Positions 8,729-17,607 of a stretch of 64,000 nucleotides of DNA are shown here, one piece after another (position 1 is the stretch's first letter; each line of letters starts with the position of its first letter). The translations under genes and the position numbers were made by a program. This DNA comes from Alphaproteobacteria bacterium (GTDB lineage: Bacteria; Pseudomonadota; Alphaproteobacteria; UBA8366). The notes below the pieces were generated by a model that saw only the letters and a program-made list of their open reading frames with translations, was not told the DNA's origin and did not search any database. The stretch lies in the NCBI GenBank assembly GCA_041557595.1, contig JBFFGE010000002.1:9047-73046 (forward strand), written 5' to 3'.

Positions 8729-11017
8729 GTGATCATGCAGCGGCTGAGTTCATTTTCCCATCAGATTTGGGACATGAAATATCGTCTCAAACGGGTTGAC
8801 GGCACACCGGTCGACGTGACTGTCGAGGACAGCTGGAAACGCGTCGCGACCGCCCTGGCCGCGCCGGAGAAGCGTCCGGCGACATGGCGCAAGACGTTCC
8901 TGGGGGCATTGCGGGATTTCCAATTCCTGCCGGCCGGAAGGATCCTTGCCGGCGCCGGGAGCGGGCGTTCGGTCACGCTGTTCAATTGCTTCGTCATGGG
9001 CGTCATCCCGGACGACATGGGCGGCATCTTCAGCCATTTGAAGGAGGCCGCCCTGACGATGCAGCAGGGCGGCGGCATCGGCTACGACTTCTCGTCGTTG
9101 CGGCCCAAGGGCGCGCCGGTTCGCGGCGTCGGGGCGGACGCTTCCGGACCGTTGAGCTTCATGGATGTCTGGGATTCGATGTGCCGGACGATCATGAGCG
9201 CAGGCTCGCGCCGCGGCGCCATGATGGGGACGATGCGGTGCGATCATCCGGATATCGAGGCGTTCATCGACGTCAAGCGGCGCGCCGACCGGCTGCGGAT
9301 GTTCAATCTTTCGGTGCTGGTGACCGACGCCTTCATCACGGCGGTCGAGCGCGACGCGGATTGGGACCTCACATTCGACGGCACGACCTACAAGACCCTC
9401 CGCGCGCGGGCGCTTTGGGAAACCCTCATGCGGGCGACCTATGACGTTGCCGAGCCGGGGGTGATCTTCATCGACCAGATCAACCGGCGCAACAATCTGT
9501 ATTACTGCGAGGAAATTTGCGCGACCAACCCGTGCGGCGAGCAGCCCTTGCCGCCTTACGGCGCCTGCGATTTGGGTTCAATCAATCTGACCCGGCTGGT
9601 GCGCGACCCCTTTACCGACCGCGCGGCGCTGGACCTGGACGCGCTGGCGGCGCTTGTGCCTGTCGCGGTGCGGATGCTGGACAATGTGGTCGACATTTCG
9701 GAGTTTCCCCTCGAAGCCCAGCGGCACGAAGCGCAATCCAAACGCCGTATCGGGCTCGGCGTGACCGGCCTCGCGGATGCGTTGATTCTCTGTGGCGTGC
9801 GCTATGGCAGTGCCGAGGCGGTCGCCCTGACCCGCAAGTGGCTCGCGGCAATCCAGCGCGCCGCCTATCTCGCTTCGACGGCGCTGGCGCGCGAAAAAGG
9901 CGCCTTCCCGTTGTTCGATCGCGACGCCTATCTGCGGGGCGACAGCATTGCCGCCCTCGACAAGGATATTCGCGATGCGATCGCCGAGCACGGCATCCGC
10001 AACGCCCTGCTGACATCGATCGCCCCGACCGGCACGATCTCCCTGTTGGCGGGGAACGTATCCTCCGGAATCGAGCCGGTCTTCGCCTGGGAATTTCAAC
10101 GGGAGGTCCTGAACCCGGACGGCACGCGGGACAGCCATACCGTGGCGGATCACGCCTACACCCTGTTCCGGGAACGTTTTGGCGAGACCGCGGCGCTGCC
10201 CGAATATTTCGCCGATGTGCAGACGCTGGCGCCGGAAGATCATTTGGCGATGCAGGCGGCCGCGCAGGAATTCGTCGACAGTTCGATTTCGAAAACAGTC
10301 AATCTGCCGCCGGAGATTTCGTTCGACGCGTTCAAGGATATCTATCGCCGGGCCTATGACACCGGGTGCAAGGGCTGCACGACCTACCGGCCGAACCCGG
10401 TGACCGGCGCGGTGCTGTCCGTCGCCGACCCGTCCGGCGCGGCGTCTCCGGCGGAACGGAACGAGCTGCGCGCAGGGGATAGCGGCATCGTTTACATGAC
10501 CGAGCCGCTGGAACGGCCGGATTCGCTGACCGGCCGCACCTATAAGCTGGTTTGGCCCGATAGCGACCATGCGATCTATATCACCCTCAACGATATCATG
10601 GAGGGGGAGCGGCGCCGGCCGTTCGAAGTCTTCATCAATTCGAAGAACATGGAGCATTACGCCTGGACCGTGGCGCTGACCCGGATGATCAGCGCGGTAT
10701 TCCGGCGCGGCGGCGATGTCAGTTTCGTGGTGGACGAATTGAAGGCGGTGTTCGATCCGCGCGGCGGTCAATGGATGGAGGGAAAATACGTTCCGTCCTT
10801 GCTGGCCGCGATCGGCGGCGTAATCGAACGACACATGATCGAGATCGGTTTCCTGCCGGAACAGGAACCGATATTCGGCGGCCAGGACAAGGACGCCGTC
10901 CGGTTGGCGGTCGGCCAGTCGCCCTTGCGGCAATGTCCGAAATGCGGCGCGGCGTCGATGGTTCGGCAGGAAGGCTGCGACGTGTGCGTGAATTGCGGCT
11001 ACAGCAAATGCGGCTGA
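8729..11017 (+). CDS. nrdJ: class II (adenosylcobalamin-dependent) ribonucleotide reductase
   Basis: The 762-aa ORF shows the conserved RNR class II pattern (FLPAGR, NCFV, NPCGEQPL, TNPCGE region) and a C-terminal Cys cluster. The start is GTG at 8729 or ATG at 8735. Confidence 0.9.
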   Translation: MIMQRLSSFSHQIWDMKYRLKRVDGTPVDVTVEDSWKRVATALAAPEKRPATWRKTFLGALRDFQFLPAGRILAGAGSGRSVTLFNCFVMGVIPDDMGGIFSHLKEAALTMQQGGGIGYDFSSLRPKGAPVRGVGADASGPLSFMDVWDSMCRTIMSAGSRRGAMMGTMRCDHPDIEAFIDVKRRADRLRMFNLSVLVTDAFITAVERDADWDLTFDGTTYKTLRARALWETLMRATYDVAEPGVIFIDQINRRNNLYYCEEICATNPCGEQPLPPYGACDLGSINLTRLVRDPFTDRAALDLDALAALVPVAVRMLDNVVDISEFPLEAQRHEAQSKRRIGLGVTGLADALILCGVRYGSAEAVALTRKWLAAIQRAAYLASTALAREKGAFPLFDRDAYLRGDSIAALDKDIRDAIAEHGIRNALLTSIAPTGTISLLAGNVSSGIEPVFAWEFQREVLNPDGTRDSHTVADHAYTLFRERFGETAALPEYFADVQTLAPEDHLAMQAAAQEFVDSSISKTVNLPPEISFDAFKDIYRRAYDTGCKGCTTYRPNPVTGAVLSVADPSGAASPAERNELRAGDSGIVYMTEPLERPDSLTGRTYKLVWPDSDHAIYITLNDIMEGERRRPFEVFINSKNMEHYAWTVALTRMISAVFRRGGDVSFVVDELKAVFDPRGGQWMEGKYVPSLLAAIGGVIERHMIEIGFLPEQEPIFGGQDKDAVRLAVGQSPLRQCPKCGAASMVRQEGCDVCVNCGYSKCG

Positions 11018-11048
11018 TGGGCCGCCGCCCGCGCGCCGATTGGTCGTC

Positions 11049-11681
11049 TTATGCGACGCCGTCGCGATCCAGGGCGTCGACCGATTGCAGCAGCCGCTGC
11101 AAATGACCGCCGGCGATGCCGAGTTTCTGCAAATGAGCGACGGTTTGGGCCAGGTAGTCCCGATTGGTTCCGCGCTCTCCCCGGGCGCGACGGATCGTCC
11201 GGACGGTGCTGTTGAAATCCAGGGATTTGGCGAAGGTCGCGCCGCGCGCGTCGACGACGAAGGTGCGGGCGGCGACGGTGCGCGCGCGCAGCCGGACCTT
11301 CGCGCAGATCGGCCGATAGTCATATTGAACCATCTCCCGATCCCACAGATAGGCCAGCACCGAGTCCGCGTTTTCGCGCGCGACCCGAAAAGCCATGCCG
11401 CGGCAGCAACCGCCGGGCGCGAGGCCCAGCACCAGGCCGGGCAACTCTTCGGTGCCGCGGTGACGATGGGAATACAGGCAGAACCGCCGGTGATAACCGT
11501 AAATCAGCCCGGGTTCGGCGTCGGTATGGTCGAAGCCCGGGTTCCACATCAACGAGCCGTAGCCGAAAACCCAGAAATCACCGGACGGCGGCGGCGCCAT
11601 GAAATGGGCCCGCGCGGTTTCGATGGGGTGCTCGTTCATTTTGGGAGATTCAGGCGCAGGCCGGCCAATCAAGGGGTTCAT
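11049..11681 (-). CDS. chaC: ChaC-family gamma-glutamylcyclotransferase
   Basis: The 210-aa ORF has the FWVFGYGSLMWNPGF motif typical of ChaC/GGCT proteins. Confidence 0.85.
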   Translation of the reverse strand: MNPLIGRPAPESPKMNEHPIETARAHFMAPPPSGDFWVFGYGSLMWNPGFDHTDAEPGLIYGYHRRFCLYSHRHRGTEELPGLVLGLAPGGCCRGMAFRVARENADSVLAYLWDREMVQYDYRPICAKVRLRARTVAARTFVVDARGATFAKSLDFNSTVRTIRRARGERGTNRDYLAQTVAHLQKLGIAGGHLQRLLQSVDALDRDGVA

Positions 11682-11738
11682 GCGGTGATGCGAAAGCGAT
11701 GTACGCGACGGCCGGACTTATACGGAGCGCGGTAGGTC

Positions 11739-12785
11739 ATGTCCATTTTTTCACTCCGGGCGCTGCTGATTACCGGGGCCGGTCTCATACTGTTGGCCGG
11801 CGCCTGTGCGGGCTATTGGTTTTACGCCTCGGCGGCGCTGGAGGACGGTCTTGCGAAGTGGCGCGCAGCCCGCCAGGCACAGGGCTACACGATTACCCAT
11901 GGCGCGGTGTCGGTCACCGGCTTTCCCGCGGCATTACGGCTGCAGGTCGCGGATCCGTCGGTCGCCGATCCGCGGCGGGGCTGGTCCTGGAAGGGGCGCC
12001 GCCTCAGCCATGAGATCGCCCCCTGGAACTGGTACTGGTACCGTCTCGAAGTCGAAGGGCCGCACGACGCGGCGGTGACCGTCGATGGCAGGCGCCGCGT
12101 CTATCGGGGGAACGCCGACAGCGCGGTCTTCATCGGCCGGGTATCGTCGTCGGGCGGCATGGAAAAGGGGGCGCTGGACGTGGCGGCGTTGCGCCTGACC
12201 GAATCCGGCAGCGATGCCGCATCGACCGTTCGACACCTGCGCCTTCGGCTCGACGCCGCCGAGGTGCCGGCGGGAAAATCCGACATGAATGTCGCTTTGG
12301 TCATGGAGCACGCCCATCTTGCCGGGGAAGCGGTATTCGCCCTGGGACCCGATATTGCCCGCCTCGAGGCGCATGGCACGCTGCGCGGCGGAATTCCCGC
12401 ACGGGTCGATCGCGCGGCGTTCGAGCGCTGGCGCGCCGGCGGCGGCATCGTCGACCTGGATTGGCTGAAATTGGCCTGGGGCCCGCTTGATCTCCAGGCC
12501 AAGGGGACGGTTACGGTGGACGACCGGATGCGGCCGGTGGGCGCGCTGAACGCCGACATTCGCGGCCATAACGAGACGATCGATGTGCTCGAAAAAGCCC
12601 GGCTGCTGCGGCGCAATACGGCAGCGACGTCGCGCATCGCGCTGTCGCTCCTGGCGAAACCGGACGCGGACGGCAATGGCAGCGTTCTGACGATCCCCGT
12701 CACCGCCCAGGACGGGCGCCTGTATTTGGGCTTCGTGCGGCTGTTCGCGCTACCGCCTATTCCTTTTCCGGCTCCGTCGGATTGA
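11739..12785 (+). CDS. DUF2125 domain protein
   Basis: The 348-aa ORF has an N-terminal TM or signal sequence, and its sequence pattern and location next to tyrC/hisC are typical of alphaproteobacterial DUF2125. Its 3' end overlaps the tyrC 3' end by 29 nt. Confidence 0.65.
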   Translation: MSIFSLRALLITGAGLILLAGACAGYWFYASAALEDGLAKWRAARQAQGYTITHGAVSVTGFPAALRLQVADPSVADPRRGWSWKGRRLSHEIAPWNWYWYRLEVEGPHDAAVTVDGRRRVYRGNADSAVFIGRVSSSGGMEKGALDVAALRLTESGSDAASTVRHLRLRLDAAEVPAGKSDMNVALVMEHAHLAGEAVFALGPDIARLEAHGTLRGGIPARVDRAAFERWRAGGGIVDLDWLKLAWGPLDLQAKGTVTVDDRMRPVGALNADIRGHNETIDVLEKARLLRRNTAATSRIALSLLAKPDADGNGSVLTIPVTAQDGRLYLGFVRLFALPPIPFPAPSD

Positions 12786-13713
12786 ACGAGCCGGCCTGTC
12801 CCATGTCGATGACGCCGCGCCGCACCGCCCGCGTACGGGTAAACACGTCCTCCAGGGTCTGACCTTCGCCCCAGCGGATGGCGCGCTGCATGGCGGTCAG
12901 GTCCTCGACGAACCGGCCGAGCAATTCGATCACCGCTTCCCGGTTGTTCAGGAAGATGTCGCGCCACATGACCGGATCGGATGCGGCAATCCGGGTAAAG
13001 TCGCGGAAGCCGCCGGCCGAATATTTGATCACTTCGCGGGTTTCCACGACGTCCTGGTCGTCTTCGCGTTCGCGCAGGAGCTGGTTTTCCAGATCGCTCG
13101 CCGTGCCGACGATGGTATAGGCGATCAGGTGCGGCAGATGCGAGGTGATGGCGAGCACCCGGTCGTGATGGTGCGGGTCCATCAGCTCGACATTGCTCCC
13201 CGCGCATTTCCAGAGCGCGGCGACGCGGTCGATTGCGTCCTGATTGGTGCCGGCTGGCGGCGTCAGGATGCAATAGCGGTCGTCGAAGAGTTCCGGGAAG
13301 CCCGATTCCGGCCCGGAATGTTCGGTGCCGGCGACCGGATGCCCGGGAACGAGATGAACCCCGTCGGGAAGGTGCGGTCCCACGTCGCGGATAACCGCAA
13401 CTTTGACCGACCCGACATCGCTCACCACGGCGCCGCGTTTCAGCGCCGGACCAATCGCCTTCGCGATCGCGGCATTGGCGCCGACCGGCGCGCACAGCAC
13501 CACCAAATCCGCATCGCGCACGGCGTCGGCGGCGGCATCGTGTACGCTGTCGAGAAAACCGAGGGCCATCGATGTCTCGCGCGTCTCGGCGCTCCGCGCA
13601 TGCCCCGCGACATGGGTCGCCAGGCCGTCGCGCTTGATCACCCGGCAGAGCGACGAGCCGATCAGGCCGAGCCCGATGACGGCGATCCGATCGAAGATCA
13701 CGTTGGTGCTCAT
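12757..13713 (-). CDS. tyrC: prephenate/arogenate dehydrogenase
   Basis: The start was trimmed to MSTNVIFDRIAVIGLGLIGSSL (Rossmann GxGxxG). The ATG at 13713 overlaps the hisC stop in an ATGA arrangement. Confidence 0.88.
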   Translation of the reverse strand: MSTNVIFDRIAVIGLGLIGSSLCRVIKRDGLATHVAGHARSAETRETSMALGFLDSVHDAAADAVRDADLVVLCAPVGANAAIAKAIGPALKRGAVVSDVGSVKVAVIRDVGPHLPDGVHLVPGHPVAGTEHSGPESGFPELFDDRYCILTPPAGTNQDAIDRVAALWKCAGSNVELMDPHHHDRVLAITSHLPHLIAYTIVGTASDLENQLLREREDDQDVVETREVIKYSAGGFRDFTRIAASDPVMWRDIFLNNREAVIELLGRFVEDLTAMQRAIRWGEGQTLEDVFTRTRAVRRGVIDMGQAGSFNPTEPEKE

Positions 13714-14798
13714 GATTTCTTCAAATGCCCGGTAAGGTGATCGGTAAAGGCGCGCATCTCGTTTTCCAATCCGATTGTTACCCGCAGGCAGTCCGGCAAC
13801 TCGTAGCCGCCCATTTTCCGGGTGATGATGCCGGCGCCGAGCAGATGCTGATACGCCGCGTCGGCCGCCTCCGGCCCGGCGAACTGGACCAGCACGAAAT
13901 TCCCCACCGAGGGGTGCACCGTCAGGCCGAGCGCGCCGACTGCCGTTGTAAGCCAGGGCAGCCATTGGTCGTTATGCGCCCGGCTCGCCTCCTGGTGCGC
14001 GGTATCCTCGATCGCGGCGATGCCGGCCGCCTGGGCCGCGGCGTTGACGTTGAACGGGCCGCGCAACCGGTTCAGCACGTCGGCCACGGCCGCCGGGCAA
14101 TAGGTCCAGCCGAGCCGCAGCGCCGCCAGACCGAAAATCTTCGAAAAGGTCCGCGTCATCACGACGTTGTCATGATTGTCGACCATCTCGATTCCGGCGG
14201 AGTAGTCGTTGCGGGAGACGTATTCCGCGTAGGCCGAATCGATCACCAGCAAGATGTTGTCGCGCAACCCGTCGCGCAGACGCTGCATCTCGGCCGCCGG
14301 AAGGTAGCTGCCGGTCGGGTTGTTGGGGTTGGCCACGAACACGAGCCGTGTCCGTTCGGTGACCTTGCTCAGCAATGCGTCGACATCGGCGGTGAGCACC
14401 TTTTCCGGCGCGGCGACAGGCGTCGCGCCCGTTCCCAGCGCGAAGATTCGGTAGATCGAAAATGCGTGCCGGCTGGACAACACCTCGTCGCCGGACCCGG
14501 CATAGGCACGGATCAGCAATTGGATCAATTCGTCGGAGCCGGCGCCGCAGACGATCCGATCCGGGTCGCACCCGAACCGGCGTCCGATCGCGGCGCGCAA
14601 ATCGGTCGCATGGCCGTCCGGATACCGGTGCAATCTTTCGCGTTCGGCATTGTAGGCCGCGATTGCCTTTGGGCTGGGCCCGATCGGCGTTTCGTTCGAC
14701 GCCAGGACGATGACCTCGTCGACGCCTTCGACCGAATGCAGGCCGCCGACATAGGGATCGACCGACAGCACGCCCGGGCGGGGAGTCGGTGTCGTCAC
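13710..14798 (-). CDS. hisC: histidinol-phosphate aminotransferase
   Basis: The class II aminotransferase pattern is present (NPNNPTG, SKIFGLAALRLGW). The GTG start at 14798 overlaps the stop of the upstream chorismate mutase (GTGA), giving 362 aa. Confidence 0.88.
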   Translation of the reverse strand: MTTPTPRPGVLSVDPYVGGLHSVEGVDEVIVLASNETPIGPSPKAIAAYNAERERLHRYPDGHATDLRAAIGRRFGCDPDRIVCGAGSDELIQLLIRAYAGSGDEVLSSRHAFSIYRIFALGTGATPVAAPEKVLTADVDALLSKVTERTRLVFVANPNNPTGSYLPAAEMQRLRDGLRDNILLVIDSAYAEYVSRNDYSAGIEMVDNHDNVVMTRTFSKIFGLAALRLGWTYCPAAVADVLNRLRGPFNVNAAAQAAGIAAIEDTAHQEASRAHNDQWLPWLTTAVGALGLTVHPSVGNFVLVQFAGPEAADAAYQHLLGAGIITRKMGGYELPDCLRVTIGLENEMRAFTDHLTGHLKKS

Positions 14799-15649
14799 GG
14801 CCCCGTTCCCTGGGCCTCCGCGCCGTCGATCGGCGTCGCATAGGCGCCGATCACACTGCACCCTTCGACGCCGTTCAGGCGGCGGAGATCTTCGAGACGC
14901 GGATCGCCGGGCTCGACAAATCCGTCGGCCTCGACCAGATGAAACCACGCGCCGTGCTGCCGCGATGCGTGCGGCTGCGCCTTGATCGCGACGCGTTCCA
15001 GCATGGCGGCGAGACCGGTGCGGCTCACGGTCTCGGCGGTTTCGATGACGACAAGTGTCTTGTCCGCGCCACTGGACTCCGGCACGACATAGCCGAGCGC
15101 CAGCGCGGACGCGCCATTCGCCCCGGCGATCGGGCTCATCGGCAGGCGGTACGACACGCGCGGGCCGTCGGGCGCGGTCAGCCCGGTCCACCAAGGGTCG
15201 CTATCGCCTTCGCGCGGAAAGGGCAGGACGCCCAGCGTCACTTTCTTTCCGATGACTTCGCCGACGACTTCGCGCACGCTGCCAAAGGCAGTCATCGGCG
15301 TCGCGCTGCCGAAGGCGTTGCGCGCCAGGTCCCAGTAGCTTGGATTTTCGCCGGTCGCGAACACGGCGACCGAATAGTCGGACTTCTCCATCCGGGTGAT
15401 GCCCGCAATGATCTCGCGCCAGATCCGGGCGATGGCGGCGAAGGGAAAGCCGCCGTCGTGCCGGCTGGCCAGACGGCGCAGGATCAATGCCTCGCGGCCG
15501 GGGCGAATCGGTGCGATCGCATCGCGGCTTTTCACGGCGCGAATCCGGTCGACCAGCGCCGCCCGGCGTATGATCAGCGCATGCATCTCGGCATCGATCG
15601 TATCGATGTCGCGCCGCAAATCGTCCAGGGTCGTGCCAGTGTCGTCCAT
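14795..15649 (-). CDS. chorismate mutase (CM_2 domain plus C-terminal domain)
   Basis: The start was trimmed to MDDTGTTLDDLRRDIDTIDAEMHALIIRRAALV, a CM type 2 helix. It forms an operon with hisC-tyrC. Confidence 0.8.
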   Translation of the reverse strand: MDDTGTTLDDLRRDIDTIDAEMHALIIRRAALVDRIRAVKSRDAIAPIRPGREALILRRLASRHDGGFPFAAIARIWREIIAGITRMEKSDYSVAVFATGENPSYWDLARNAFGSATPMTAFGSVREVVGEVIGKKVTLGVLPFPREGDSDPWWTGLTAPDGPRVSYRLPMSPIAGANGASALALGYVVPESSGADKTLVVIETAETVSRTGLAAMLERVAIKAQPHASRQHGAWFHLVEADGFVEPGDPRLEDLRRLNGVEGCSVIGAYATPIDGAEAQGTGP

Positions 15650-15822
15650 CGTCCTACATATCCATCGGAAAAGCCGCTCACTTCTAGTGCCTGACGGGGT
15701 AGAAATCAAAGAAAACATTGACACCGTAGGCCACTCGACCAAAAGTACCCGGCCCTCAGCAACCGGCGGGGACAGAACTCATTTCCAAGCCAGAGAATCC
15801 CGTAAATCCGACACTTTCAGCA

Positions 15823-16980
15823 ATGTCACCGGCGCCGAACCCGACGGATATCGCGTTGCCCGGTCATCGTGTCGAGCTCGGCGTCGACGCGCGCCTGCGC
15901 CTCGATAGCGGCGCGGCGCTCGGGCCGTTTCCGATGGCCTATTGCACCTATGGCGAACTCAACGCCGACCGCAGCAACGCGATCCTGGTCTGTCATGCGC
16001 TGACCGGCGACCAGTATGTCGCCGAAACCCATCCGATCACCGGCAAGCCCGGTTGGTGGGAGCTGATCGTCGGACCCGGTCTGGCGCTGGACACGGATCG
16101 TTTCTTCATCATCTGCGCCAACGTGTTGGGCGGTTGTCTCGGCACTGTCGGGCCGAAGGAGATCGATCCCGAAACCGGCAAGCCCTATGGCCTCGGTTTT
16201 CCGGTCATTACCATCGGCGACATGGTGCGCGCGCAGGCGATGCTGCTGGACCATCTCGGCATTGATCAGCTGTTCTGCGTGATCGGTGGATCGATGGGGG
16301 CGATGCAGGTGCTGGAGTGGGCGTCGCGATACAAGGATCGCGTCTTCGCGGCGGTGCCGATTGCCGGCGCGGCGCGGCACACCGCGCAGAACATCGCCTT
16401 CCACGAAGTCGGGCGGCAGGCGATCATGGCCGATCCCGATTGGCATGGCGGCGACTACATGACCCATGGCGTCATGCCGCGCCGGGGGCTCGGCGTCGCG
16501 CGCATGACCGCGCATATCACCTATCTGTCCGAGGCGGCGCTGCATCGCAAGTTCGGCCGTAACCTCCAGAACCGCGATATGCTGAGTTTCGGCTTCGACG
16601 CGGATTTCCAGGTGGAGAGCTATCTGCGCCACCAGGGCTCGACCTTTGTCGATCGGTTCGACGCCAACGCCTATCTCTACATTACCCGGGCGATGGATTA
16701 TTTCGACATGGCGGCGGAGCATGACGGCTCGTTGCCGCTGGCCTTCGAGGGCACGAAGACGCGATTCTGCGTGATCTCGTTCACCAGCGACTGGTTGTTT
16801 CCCACCTCCGAGAACCGGGCGGTCGTGCGGGCGCTGAACGCGGTGGCCGCGAATGTCAGTTTCGTCGAGATCGAAAGCGACCAGGGCCATGATGCCTTTT
16901 TGCTCGACGAGCCGGAATTCATCCGCGTTCTCAAGGGTTTCATCAATGGTTGCGCCGAGCACCGCGGACTCGGACGATGA
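15823..16980 (+). CDS. metX: homoserine O-acetyltransferase
   Basis: The 385-aa alpha/beta hydrolase carries MetX motifs ([13 protein letters not shown]). It is followed by metW. Confidence 0.92.
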   Translation: MSPAPNPTDIALPGHRVELGVDARLRLDSGAALGPFPMAYCTYGELNADRSNAILVCHALTGDQYVAETHPITGKPGWWELIVGPGLALDTDRFFIICANVLGGCLGTVGPKEIDPETGKPYGLGFPVITIGDMVRAQAMLLDHLGIDQLFCVIGGSMGAMQVLEWASRYKDRVFAAVPIAGAARHTAQNIAFHEVGRQAIMADPDWHGGDYMTHGVMPRRGLGVARMTAHITYLSEAALHRKFGRNLQNRDMLSFGFDADFQVESYLRHQGSTFVDRFDANAYLYITRAMDYFDMAAEHDGSLPLAFEGTKTRFCVISFTSDWLFPTSENRAVVRALNAVAANVSFVEIESDQGHDAFLLDEPEFIRVLKGFINGCAEHRGLGR

Positions 16981-17597
16981 ACGATAGCCGCGCGGCGATT
17001 CGCGTCGACCTGCAGCTTATCGCCGATATGGTGCCGGCGGGCAGCCGGGTGCTGGATGTCGGTTGCGGAGACGGTGTGTTGCTGCGCTACCTCAGCGACT
17101 TCAAGCAGGTCGATGCCCGCGGGATCGAACTCAGCATGGCCGGCGTCAATGAGGGCGTGAGCCAGGGACTGTCGGTGATTCAGGGCGATGCGGATACGGA
17201 TCTGGACGACTATCCGGACAGAGCCTTCGACTACGTGGTCCTCAGCCAAACCTTGCAGGCCACGCGTCAGCCGCATCGGGTGGTCGAGAACATGGTCCGC
17301 ATCGGCCGGCACGCGATTCTCTCGGTGCCGAATTTCGGGTTTTGGCAGGTGCGCTGGCGGTTGATGACGCGGGGCCAGATGCCCCAGACCGAGACGCTGC
17401 CCTATCTCTGGTACGACACGCCGAACATCCATCTGTGCACGATCCGGGATTTTCTCGCACTGTGCCGCGACCTGCGAGTCGAGGTGGAGCAAGCGGTGGC
17501 ATTGGACCGTAACGGCAATGCCTTGAGCTGGTCCGCTTCCGGCCCGTTCGCCAATCTGCTGGCCGCACAGGCGCTGTTCGTGCTGCGGCAGAGATAA
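16977..17597 (+). CDS. metW: methionine biosynthesis protein MetW
   Basis: The ATG at 16977 overlaps the metX stop (ATGA). The SAM-MTase-like motif VLDVGCGDG and a MetW-typical C-terminus are present. Confidence 0.9.
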   Translation: MNDSRAAIRVDLQLIADMVPAGSRVLDVGCGDGVLLRYLSDFKQVDARGIELSMAGVNEGVSQGLSVIQGDADTDLDDYPDRAFDYVVLSQTLQATRQPHRVVENMVRIGRHAILSVPNFGFWQVRWRLMTRGQMPQTETLPYLWYDTPNIHLCTIRDFLALCRDLRVEVEQAVALDRNGNALSWSASGPFANLLAAQALFVLRQR

Positions 17598-17607
17598 GTC
17601 CGGACGC

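Noticed and set aside
15650-15822. I looked for a SAM-II, SAM-V or other SAM riboswitch upstream of metX, as is common in alphaproteobacteria.
   Set aside because: I could not find the conserved AAAGCU-containing pseudoknot core or a plausible P1/P2 arrangement by eye. I saw only a weak TTGACA-17-AAAAGT promoter-like pair at 15718-15746. An Infernal scan would be decisive.
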